The notes under the pieces are model-generated. The model was given only the letters and a program-made list of their open reading frames with translations. It searched no databases and had not been told where the DNA came from. The translations under genes and the position numbers were made by a program. From Tubiluchus corallicola (lineage: Eukaryota > Animalia > Priapulida), in assembly GCA_030141605.1 (NCBI GenBank), contig JAQGDQ010000120.1, positions 496,001 through 560,000 on the forward strand: a stretch of 64,000 bases of DNA, read 5' to 3'. Positions within the stretch are counted from its first letter, which is position 1, and every line of letters starts with the position of its first letter. This document shows positions 19,601 through 61,400 of the stretch, one piece after another.

Positions 19601-20497
19601 GCTCGTTGAGTAGCATTAGCGTCGTTGCACAAAAGACTGTTAGTTAACAAAACGGCTCAGTTAGCACTCGAGCTTCGTTCAGCAGTGTGTTATAATAGAG
19701 AATAAGTGAAATAATAGAGCAAAAACAATGCAAACATTGAAGTCATGTTGAGCTAGCCTAGTACCAGAGAGTCAGTTTGGGAGATACAAATTGATGAGCC
19801 ACGGCTCAGCCACCTCCTGATTGGACATTACCGACTCTTTGCTACTCTTTCCCACGAGTTTGCTGCATAAAAGGGCATGATTTTAAGCACATTTCATCAT
19901 TTTTCTCCCGCTAGGAAAATCCTTGCAGTTGAGGCTGAGAAAACAAAGAATATGGACTTGAAGTCTGTGGTTGAGCTCTTCTGGAGTGATGTTCTGCGTC
20001 GGATTCCTGACAGCTAATAAATACTTAATTAAATTTTAATTAAGTTTCCGTTGCTATAGCTTTAAGTTTTAAATGCCAGTTGGGAATAAATAAATCGTTT
20101 TTCTTGCACGCAAAATACTGTTTATTTTTTTTCAAAATTATACGTTTTTTAAACAGTTAAGTTCCGCCATTATATACAGTCGGGCCCCCAATTTTTTTGG
20201 TGCACGACGCCCCTGCCTTGTCATTGCTTTCAGGGTCCAAGGCAGTAGGCTAGTAAATGGCCCTTTGATGGTCTATTGAGTAACCATTATTTTACTGTCT
20301 TAATTATCCCAGTTATCAACGTTATACCCTTTCCTATCTTATAATAATTTATACATTAGTCTGCAGCTGGAGATTAACAAAAAAATAAATAGTACTAAAA
20401 TAACAGAGCGATTAGTATCAACGTTCATCGCGAACAACTTAAAATGCTTATGTAAGATTACCGCTTGCAACTTGCTGTCCTCATTAAGGCTAACCAT
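10492..20497 (-). CDS. TMEM192: Transmembrane protein 192 (lysosomal), complete, 271 aa; complement(join(10492..10624,12061..12169,13779..13934,14726..14957,15752..15901,20462..20497))
   Basis: MVSLNED start, [47 protein letters not shown] and [24 protein letters not shown] are collinear with TMEM192. 816 nt, all introns GT-AG with consistent phases. Confidence 0.93.
12061..12169 (-). CDS. TMEM192: TMEM192 exon 5 ([15 protein letters not shown]...SEVGIR)
   Basis: 109 nt, ttttccag acceptor. Confidence 0.92.
13779..13934 (-). CDS. TMEM192: TMEM192 exon 4 (GNALLLALS...LSVYL)
   Basis: 156 nt, phase 1/1, transmembrane segments. Confidence 0.9.
14726..14957 (-). CDS. TMEM192: TMEM192 exon 3
   Basis: Transmembrane segments and [10 protein letters not shown] motif; overlaps ORF 14706..14942. 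Confidence 0.93.
15752..15901 (-). CDS. TMEM192: TMEM192 exon 2 ([17 protein letters not shown]...AMCILLA)
   Basis: 150 nt, ttgttatag acceptor, GTATGT donor. Confidence 0.88.
17775..17915. repeat. Short diverged tandem duplication (~78-bp period, 2 copies)
   Basis: TGACAAAAATTTTGGAGACAYGGCTGYGATCAAC occurs at about 17775 and 17853. Confidence 0.75.
20462..20497 (-). CDS. TMEM192: TMEM192 exon 1 ([12 protein letters not shown])
   Basis: ATG at 20497, GTAATC donor, phase 0 matches exon 2. Confidence 0.75.
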
Positions 20498-21696
20498 TTG
20501 CAGTCTTTCTTTGTTTAATTGAAAATAATTTTAAGAATAGAAAATCAAATGATGCACAAACTGTACTAGCAACCATGCAAGAAAGAAATACGCAGCAATT
20601 GCTGCCCCATCTGCTGGCCGTTTTAGCAACATGAGCGAAATGGCTTCTATAGATTTTAGTATAGTTTGTATGATTATTTGTAATTAGTCATTGGTGGCTA
20701 TTGATCAACTGGTTGCTTGTTTTGCATAAATTTTGTTATTATTATAATCATTTAATGTCTAATTACTAAAAGTGTGTTGATATGGTATTTTAATTGCAAA
20801 ATACTGCATTTTGTAAATTATCTTTTTGTATAGACTATGCATACAATTTGTATGATACAAATATCTAAAGCCAATCATTATGTGGGAATATTATTATTTA
20901 CTATTGTAAGCAGATTTAGTGATTTTTAGTTTTGGCTACAACTTTTAAATTCAGGTTGCATTTTTAACTTTAACTAAAGCCAAAAGTAGAATCTGACATA
21001 TTCAGTAACACTTCTGGCCTCCACATCATATAATGTTACTGCTAGTGCCCGTTTCTAGACAATTTTGTTCACACTGACAAAGGTGAGGAAAGTATTTTGA
21101 GGAGGTTGGGCTAAAAACGACACAGCAAATACTCAACTAGTATAACACAAAGACTCAAATCATTTTCAGTGTTTCACAGTAAACCTTAACGCAAAATGCA
21201 CATTAATTTAATACAGAAAGTCAAACTGCTCTTAATGTACATTATGTAAAAAAAAGAACGTTATTTAACAATTATTGTGTGCATTTTTTGCATTAATATG
21301 CAACAAGAACGACATATTATGTAACAAATTAATATAGGTTGGGTGTTATCACAGTCTGTTTACTCTAATTACTAGGCCGAGTCAATTTCCTTCTGTAGAT
21401 GTGGGTCTGGCCCTGTTTCCATCATCTTCACCTGGGTGATTCTGGTCTGATCTGTGGATGGTCTGCGCTTCTCTGGCGTCTGATATATCAAATATCTCGT
21501 CCGTGGCAGATCAGTCTGAGGTCTGGTCTTCCTAAAGTTTGTTCTTGTGAGTTTGGTTTGTCTGTTTGAAGTCTGATCTTTCAGATGTCTGGCGTCTAAG
21601 ACATCTATCTGAGGTCTGATAGGGGTACTTTTTTCTCTCCAGTACCACATAGAGGATAACTAACACCTACATACAGGTGTGTCAATGACCTTATTA

Positions 21697-21900
21697 CAAC
21701 ATGTTTTTTGACCAATGATCGTTTCGGCTAATGAAGCCATTATCAAACTACAAAGACAAATTGATTTATCAACCATAAATTAATAAATTAGGCCAAAAAG
21801 AAGCCAGTTTGTGGCTTTGTATCTTTTAGTGTATTATTTTCTTCTATTTGGCTTGGTAATGGCTTCAGTAGCTGAAATGATTGTCGCTCAATAAACGTTG
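21697..21900. mobile_element. Inverted pair of degenerate Penelope-like terminal repeats with minimal-hammerhead-like cores
   Basis: Arms 21697-21756 and 21843-21900 are about 70% identical in inverted orientation. Consensus TTGATAA-TGGC-TTCAnTA-GCC-GAAAC-GATC-GTC...AATAAAC. Confidence 0.45.
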
Positions 21901-23064
21901 ATTCCTAGAAACTGGCTCTTTCGGGTATTTAATGATCTTATTACGGTCTGGATTTGCTCTAATTATTGGACTGGGTCAGTATACATGTATTTTTGTTCCA
22001 GAAGTGGACTCGACTCCGAGTGGGGTGTAGTCTATGTAGGGTCTTAGTATGGCTTGGTCTGGCTTAGGTGTGGTCCGAGTAGCACCAGCCATAGATTCCA
22101 CTGTAAGTTGAAATTTTATGCAGATATACAAGCAGGGGTGGGGCATACAAAGTATTAGGCGTAGCCAAAATTTCTGATATAGCCACCACTAAGACATTAC
22201 CACATACGTTTCCAGGTAAAGTACTCTCTATAGAAGTGTCACGGCACTGATACTGATGCACTTTACCTATTTTGTAGAGAACCTAAGAGAACCTAGCCCT
22301 GCGCCTCAACCGGACCCCACCAATAGACTCACCTGGCTAGATACATACCCTTGTCAGATTAAATCCATGTAGGTTCTCACCATCCACAAACAAGACCTCT
22401 GACAGACCACAACTCAGACAGACCAGATTGCAGACAAACTAGCCACAGACTAGGCCAAACTGAATTGGAACTGCAATATAACTGATAGACAGCAGACACG
22501 AAAACATAGTTTTAAGAATTGTTGTCATTATTATTTGCCACATTGTATTTTAAAAAAGGACAATAAATATTTAACAGAATCAACAGGTAAACCTATTGAA
22601 AACTACCTAGTTACGCTTAAATGATTAAATCTATGAAATGTTTGTACAGGCTTAATGGTGCAAGTAAATACGTAACTATGATTCTTGGTTGCTGTTTATA
22701 GCATCATGTTTATCACAGTTCATATTAATGGCAGTGAATCAAATGCTCCCTCTAGTACAGCTTTTTACAGATGCCCACATAAATACATAATACTGTCTTT
22801 TCCAAACATGAAACTCATCTCAACACTTGAGTTACAAACCACACATCTGGCAGTAACTATATATATATATATATAGTTGCATATATAACTATATATATAT
22901 AATTGCATATGCAGGACTACATCAGCCTACAGGACTTTTACATACTATAAATTCTAAATCAAGACGTAATAAGCCATTTTTTTCAACTTAGCTAACTTAT
23001 CCACACCTAATTCTCTTACTTCTCACATCACACTTGATAAACTTTTTTGCTACCAATACTAGAA

Positions 23065-23070
23065 TTTATT
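23065..23070 (-). terminator. Candidate POLR2H polyadenylation signal AATAAA
   Basis: AATAAA on the minus strand about 120 nt after the stop codon. Confidence 0.45.
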
Positions 23071-23188
23071 TACAAAATGAACTCGTAAATGAGAAGCAAA
23101 TGTTTAGGTGTTACAACTATGTATGACCTGTACAACATGTGCTACAACAATACTATACAAATATCTAGTGTTTATAAAACTAGCAACA

Positions 23189-53525
<30,337 letters not shown>

Positions 53526-53639
53526 GATGGTTGTGTGTTGTAAACAACCTGGCGCATATAACTGAAAGCAAATTTTTGACTTTTAACACTCAGCAAAAGT
53601 TTTCGCGAGAAATTTTCTTTATATTTAACCACGCACGAT

Positions 53640-53800
53640 ATACTAGAGCACCGTGTGGTTGTACAGATTTACACTTTGTTATTAAATTCATAAACGGTTA
53701 CATACATATAATATTGGGTCACATATGCCTGGAGAAAAAAAATCGTGACGTCATTTCAGAAGCTTACACGTTTTTCCGTCTTGTTGCGCCATCTTTTATT
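53640..53800 (-). promoter_or_regulatory. POLR2H promoter region
   Basis: CRE TGACGTCA 53746-53753 and YY1/TISU-like AAGATGGCG 53795-53787, CpG-enriched, 220-270 nt upstream of the ATG. Confidence 0.55.
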
Positions 53801-55115
53801 TGATTTTTCACTTAAAATACCAATATTTATATTGTAACATCACAATTTTATTTTTCGGAAAAAAAAATTATTATCGCACCTGATTTTATCTTTTTCAAAA
53901 ATTCCAAAATTAAAAACTCAATATTTGTGGGCGAGCTGTACTTCTGTTACACATGTTCTTACCGACAACAAATTGTGCAGAAACAACTTGTATTATTTAA
54001 AAAAGTTTTTTTAATCACCCATAATTTATGTTCAGAAATTTTATGACCTCTTATAATTAACAATGATGATACTGAAATAAAACAGTAAATTTGCTTTAGT
54101 ACCACAATAAGAAGTTACATGGAAAAAGTTTAGTAATAAGACATTAAACAACAACAGTGCAGATTATTGCTAAATAAAAAACTTTCTGATGAAAATAAAG
54201 CATTCATCACCAGGATTAAACAAAGCAACAACAATCATTGCACGATGGTAAAAATCACAGTTAACTGAAGTGAAAAATCACTCTAGCATGTTTTATGGCT
54301 TTGCGTTGTAACTAAGCGGTCCAAATCCATTCCAAGTTTTTCATACGTGTATTTCCCATTTTTTACGCTTGGTTTCACAATTCAGTTAAGTGTAATTTGT
54401 ACTATCATTAATAATAATCTTGACATTGTAAGATTATAAATAGCTAACGAATCATTGCAACTCGTTTTTTGCTACTTTTAACAGCATAATGTCATCATAT
54501 TAGCTAAACCAAATATGTACTGCTGTTGATGAGTTCTTTGCAGTTGAGATGCAAGTACATTGGGGAAAGAGTTGACCACATAGTGACAAAGAGTATCCAG
54601 CAGCCAAAGTTAACAACACTAGACCGGGTTAATAAACAGATCGATGGTCATGCCAAGAAAATCGCTGGTCGTGATTTCACTTGCCACAATTCTGTTTGAG
54701 GGAGAATCTGGACATCCAAACGTGGCTAAAACACCTTTGCCAGTTTAGTATTTTAGCTCAAAAATTATCCTTTAAAATGATGTATGTGTCAGTCTTGCCG
54801 CAGCTGGCACACATTATGTGCGCTTTGTTGCTGCGTGCTGGATATTGGAATGCACTATGCAAAGCAGTACAAAAAATATGCACATTCAATTATTTCAAAC
54901 ACAGTACACCACCTAGACACCTTTAGCGATATCACAATAAATAACAAAATATCACTTTTAGACAAAAATTACCCAAAATCTCAGTTTTCCAACATAGCTG
55001 AGTAGTTCTACAGAAACCAATAATCCAACAAACCATGTGCTTTCTTTCCCATGTAAATGAAACACTGCTTTCCATGGACTCTGTTAATATTATTGTTTGC
55101 ATGATCTCTATGCTG

Positions 55116-55481
55116 TTATTTAGGGCACAAAGGAAGATTATGTGAAGAAGTCACAATGACTTCTTGCAATACAGAGGAATTTGAGTTGTCTTCAAGTTCT
55201 GTGTTCACCTGAGCTTCCAGACTAGCAGTAATGACATCTAGAAACACGTCATACTGTTGGTCCAAACCAACGTATGAATCACTCATGATAAACAATGTGT
55301 ATATTGCTCGCCGCGGTGTCTCTGGTGTAAAGAAAACTAGCGGAACAGTAGTCCTATTTCGCAAAACCCCAATCCGTTTTAAAGCCAATAATTCTTTGGA
55401 ATCCACATCGCCCAATATAAGAAACCAGCCTTCATCTTTAGGTTTGGGAAACAATGGTGCATGAGCCTTTGCATCCGTTTT
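55116..55481 (-). CDS. ASCC3: ASCC3 last coding exon
   Basis: [15 protein letters not shown]...GLDQQY..., TAA stop at 55118-55116. Confidence 0.93.
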   Translation of the reverse strand, partial: KTDAKAHAPLFPKPKDEGWFLILGDVDSKELLALKRIGVLRNRTTVPLVFFTPETPRRAIYTLFIMSDSYVGLDQQYDVFLDVITASLEAQVNTELEDNSNSSVLQEVIVTSSHNLPLCPK

Positions 55482-58400
55482 CTAAAAAAAGACAGCATAA
55501 TGCATCTCTGCAACAGTACAGTTTATTATCAGTGGTGAAAGTGAAACTGAAGCCTAACTAGTGAAAGATGCTTGACATATATAGACGCTAGAAATTTACT
55601 TCTAATATCTGTTAACAAAAGCATTAAAATATCACTACTGAACCTTAGGTCGGCTAATTTTTGTCATTCAACAATAATCATAAATGTTTCAGTTAGCTTT
55701 TGTCTACCACTTCACTGATTTTTAAGAGAGCTACAGAGCACACAAACAGATACTTAATAAAGTATTTCTCGTGTGAGTGTCACTGATGCAACATCCAAAT
55801 CTGCAAGAGAACAACAATAACAAAAAAAGTGAATCACATACAATGAAATGAAGTCAGTTAAAACATACTTTATTCAGTCTTGTTAATGTAACACTAAGTG
55901 TGTATTCTTGGTCAGCATGTACGGGCAACCAATGCTGATTAACATGTGACCGGCTAGGTTCTTTGGGAACAGAAACCTCGTCCTGTTGCTGACTATTTTG
56001 CCACCAGCCTCTGATGTTCATGTTGACGTCGAGAACGGGAAAATGCTGCAGAACTTGGTATATCTAAAAACAGTCGCCATTACCACATTAACATCACAAG
56101 ACTTTCCAAACAATTATTGATTCGAAAACTGTTTCAGAGAAACATGTTGAAACGAAATGCACACAAGAGTTTCAATTAGGCTAATCTCAGTTCAGCTTAC
56201 CAGTTAAACTTTTAGCGGCATTCACAAGTGGCTAAGGGATACTTTTCAACACATTTCTAAATACACTGTTTAGTTTAAATAGCTTCAAGGTATTAGGAAC
56301 TACTAAATTTTTACTCTTTACAAGTATTTCTAATACTAGTCTTACATCGCCGGTTACATCTTACGACAGGTTTTACTACAATAGTAGCCTGTATAACTTA
56401 AGTCGGTCACTTAAGAAACAAGATGTCATGTTAATGCAACTCGTGTGTCACTTAAACCATTTACTCATGTACATTTGTAAATTTAGCTTTTGTATGACAA
56501 TCAATTGAAACTAAAAACTGGCACAGTTTGGTAACATAACCCATATATTCTGGCCACAGATAGCAATGGCTAAAATGAGTACCTGATCAATCTGATTTGG
56601 GTCCATATCATCTTTCAGCATGTTGAAAAGTACATTATGTTTTCCACACACTGTGGACATTACTTCAGGCAAAGCTTCTAGTTTTGCATTTTTCAGCCTG
56701 AAAAAAGAAAATTTGACTTGCAGTTAAAAGGACTGTGTTGTGTGTTTTGTAGCCTGAATTGCATTAGGCATGAGTTACTTTACACAATAATTCAGTGGAA
56801 AATGCAGTTTGAAACTAAATAAATATAAATAAACCATATTGAACTTAATGAAATAATTACATAAATTAAAAGGTCAATAAGTTGAAACATTTTTCATTTC
56901 CTTTGGCTAATGCACTTTTAAGACTGTTTTAGCAAGCAACTGATAGCTACTTATGCCTATGTTATATTATTGGTCAGTTAGACAAAGACGGAAAGAGGAG
57001 TTACTTTTATACAGTCGAAAGGCAAAACTGATACCTTGTGCAGATCACCTTTAAGGTCAAACTGGGAAAGAACATGCTTAATTTTTCACTTTGTGAGAAA
57101 AACATATAATCACTTAAGTATTTCAAAAAATGAAATATTATCATAATACTTCAGAAAGTTTAGTAAAAATGAAATTGGCAGAAATACTACAAAACTATAA
57201 TCCCAGAAAAGTGCTTGGCTATAACGTAATAAGCAAGCAGAGTTTGCAGCTTTTAACTTCATTTTGTGACCATAGCTTTATGACACAAAAAAACACAGAA
57301 AGTGTGTTTAAAAACCACAATGTACACAGAATATACATAATTTAACAACTAAATGAGATACATACCGAAAGCAATTTAAGTGATACTGTTCAACATGTGG
57401 TAAAGTTAACAAAGGATTGCTAGTAATCCAACATCCTTGCACCACCATCTGCACCATGTGCACCACATTTAGCCCAGCAACCAACCATCCACTATCAGCA
57501 GATACATCTAAAAGAGCCTGCAAAATTTTAAAATGCTACATGTAGGACAAGCATATAATTCACAGAAAAAGACCAATGAAAATCACAGGCAAAAAGTAAA
57601 CAAAAGTTAATACAAAACCGATAATCTATGTTTAAATGTATCTGTAAAATGTACACTCACTTTTATGCTGACAAATAACATAACAGTACGAGTATCATTA
57701 TTTAATACTGAAAAACCAAATTTTAACAATGCAATGGTTGCCTGGCAAAAAGTTCAAGTAGGTGCTCTCATACAAAAAGCTTCATTTCACACACACAAAT
57801 AAGACATTATACAATAAAAATTCACAAACCTAACGCATATGGGAACATGTCCCCATAAATACAGGGCTCGGATTCAAGCAGAGTAAGCCTAATTTATAAT
57901 AACCAAAAAATATCACAGCACAGGATAGGTAATTTATGTTTAATTTTGGCAAAACTAAATGTAATTACTTAAGAACTTTTTAACTTCACACATTCACACT
58001 TTCATTTAAAAATATGAATTGATTGGTATATACATATAAATCTGCAGAGTCAATTATTTTCAACGTCACTTAAATTTTCTTAAAACATTAAGCTGATCCA
58101 GCTAAAATAGTTTAAATAAATTTTTCCACATATGAAAAATAGAGATGAAAGTAACTTATTTGAAAATGAATTTCTTTTTTGAATTATAAACTGAAACAAA
58201 CAAAGATGTTAAATTTGACATTTAGGACAATGCTAGTCGAAAAATGTTGTTACAAAAATAAAATTATAGCCTTCATGAATCAGAAATTATAAACATCAAA
58301 AAATATTTTCTACAAAATATCATATCTCAAAAAAATGTGCTGTTTAGAAGAAAGTTCTTATATCATACCTGGAGAATACGAATTGCTTGATCTAAGACAG

Positions 58401-61400
58401 ACTTGAGATCAGTGTGATAATCGGCACTTGGTAATCGCTGTCTGGAAAAATGAGCTTGAAGTAAAAGATTGGTTTTCGTATGCGAACTGTCAAATGAATA
58501 TGCATTAACCTCAATAGGCAATGTCTTAGCTAAATCGGCATTGGTTGTATCTTCATTATGGCGGACAGGTAGCTCAGCAAACTCTTGCGCATCTGACAGC
58601 ATCTCTAGAATGGACGGCAATGTGGCTTCCGCAGAAAGAGATTCCTTGAACATCCTGACCGTGCTATGGCTAAGATAGTAGTAGGATGCTATTCGGCCCA
58701 AAGTCTGTGTAGTGATGGTCCTCTGGTCATCAGCAACTTCTATGCAGTATGAGTACTGTAAATTTACAATGGCTCGCTCTACCAGGGATGACAGGAATCG
58801 ATTGACAGAATCATGGCTTGTATCTTCCAGATTATAATAGCTGCAGAACAGTAAAAAAATATTGTAACCACTAACTTCAAATAAGCTTTTCAACTGATAG
58901 TAAAAAAGTTCTTTTAACCCTTTTCAACTTTCCTTATTATTATTGGCAAAACAGTCTTCAAACCACTGCACAGCCACTACTAGTGGCTACGTAATTTTTT
59001 AACCAGTATTACAAAATCATATCCGCTGTACATCTGGTGGTTACTAACTTGCCATTAAGCAAACATATTTTCACTGTAGGCTTGTAGCATTTATTGGCAA
59101 ATGCGTTTCAACAAAAAGTAAAAAAATAAAAAAAAACATGCAGGGTAACTATTAAAATAAGCACCACAAAAGTAACCTAGTTATGCATACCTTTTATTTC
59201 TGAATCAAACTTCCAAAACTTCCTTTTTTTATTAAAAGAACTTTGTTATTGTTAACATACTTCATAGGCTTTCTGGGCTTAAGATGGCCTTCTGCACTGT
59301 ACTTATTCAACCAAGGTGCAACAGCTGCCTATTTATAATGCCAAGTTTAAACAGCTGTTAGTGCCAATTGCTTTTTACAATGACACCTTATTGAGAAAAG
59401 TTGAGTTTATTTTCCTTATATCAATTTCAATAATATGGTATGCAAACATACATATTATAATACAATTGATCTCCTCTTTTCAATGTTTTCCAGTGATTTC
59501 AAGAAAATAACAATAATATATAATATTTGTTGTCCACACATGATCCAGCAACAATCTATTTATAACATAATCAAACAAGTTACCTCGGATTAACTAGAAG
59601 ACGGCGAAAGAAATACGTCCATGTGAGGTAATCCAATGCATCTTGTTTTGAAGATATTGTTCCAGCAACAATTTCAGCATTAAGATGATCAGCCAAGACA
59701 TCAAGCAAACTACAAAAAATATATAAGTTTACAGTGTCATTGTATGCAAAAATGAAATGCGACTTAAACAATCTTGTTACAAACACCTCCCCATAAAGTG
59801 ACATTTTAAAATGAGTGGTTGATCAGCACTTCTGGCAGAGCTTCAATAACTAAGTTGGAATTGTTGGCACAACAGTATAATTCCAAAGTTTAAATATGAT
59901 TGTTACTTCAGTGGAATGTGTGAAATCGTCAAACCATAAAGGGATTAGTCACAGTTGCAAGAATGACATAACTGTTGAATAATTTCAGCCATATTATACA
60001 AAAACTGAAACGTACAAATTCAATTATACCAAGTAAAACAATCACACAGGGAAATTACACTGTCAAGCAAGTAGACTGAATGCTAAACTGAGCTGTATGA
60101 GATTATTCCACAAAGCAGCCATCCAAAGCAAGAACACAAATGAGAACTATGGATAACAGGACCCCCGCTGGTTTTTCTCTTACAACAAACTCAGCATTAG
60201 GCACTCTAAGCAAGTATTTTTCTAGGTTTAATGGGATATAAACGGTTACCATTATGTGCTAAGATTGAGCTTGTTGTGCTGGGAATTGTTGAGCTTAATC
60301 ATTAAGCGGAGTTCTATGTATCTTAGTAATTCCAGCAAATGCACGTAAATAGAAAAACAGGAGCAATTCTATGTAACAAAAAAAATCAATAATTTCTCTG
60401 CAAAAATCAGCAACACTACTTAAAAGTTAACTGTATTATAAATGCCTTCCATTTTTAAGTGGATAAGTTATATAATTAAATAAATTTAACAACAAACCTT
60501 GATTCAACTGGAAATGGTTCATATAAGAATTTTTTATAGAAGTGTTTCTTAATATCATGTACTAATATCACAGCTATTCCCTGCTGATCGTACTGTGGAC
60601 GTCCAGCTCTTCCCATCATTTGTAGCACGTCAGTAATGGGAAAGTCTACATATCTCCGTGTTTTCCCATCAAAATACTCCGTCCCCTTTACTACGACTAG
60701 GTGAGCAGGAAAGTTGACACCCCATGCAAGTGTACTGGTGGCCACAAGGACCTGTATTTTCTGATTGACAAACAACTCTTCCACAGTTTTTCTGTCACGT
60801 TCATGAAGACCGGCATGATGGATTCCGATTCCAAATGCTAGCATTAATTTCAGGTTGTTGTCGCGGATGCCGTGTGTCACCTGTTCCATCTAGACATGGA
60901 CGATAATGTTATATACATGCACACAGCACACAGAAAAATAAAAAATGGCATGACAATGAACAAAGCTGTTGAATATAATGGCTTCAGTAAGCACATTAAG
61001 AAAAAATATTTAACAAGATCCAATGAAATGTTAAAATGTCAAAAATAATTTACGAGTATAATAATTTGAAAAATTACATATGTGGTGTACCTCTTGGTCT
61101 GGCATGTGCAACCACTGTTTTGGATCTGCCTCGCTTGCAAGATATGCAATCATTTCCAGGGCAGTCACACGAGTCTGCCGCCTAGACGACACAAAGATAA
61201 GTGTTGGCTTCTCTGGAGAGTGAGTCTTGATAGCCTGATAGGTAGGCTTGTTCATCACAGCCATTCGAGGGCAGTAGTGTTTGCCTGGAAAGCCAGCAAT
61301 GTGAACTTCTAAGGGCACTGGTCTTACTGATGGTCTAAAGTTGTATAATCCCATCTGAAAAAAATGGTGGCACAAATAATGGTTCAATAACTCAAGTGTA

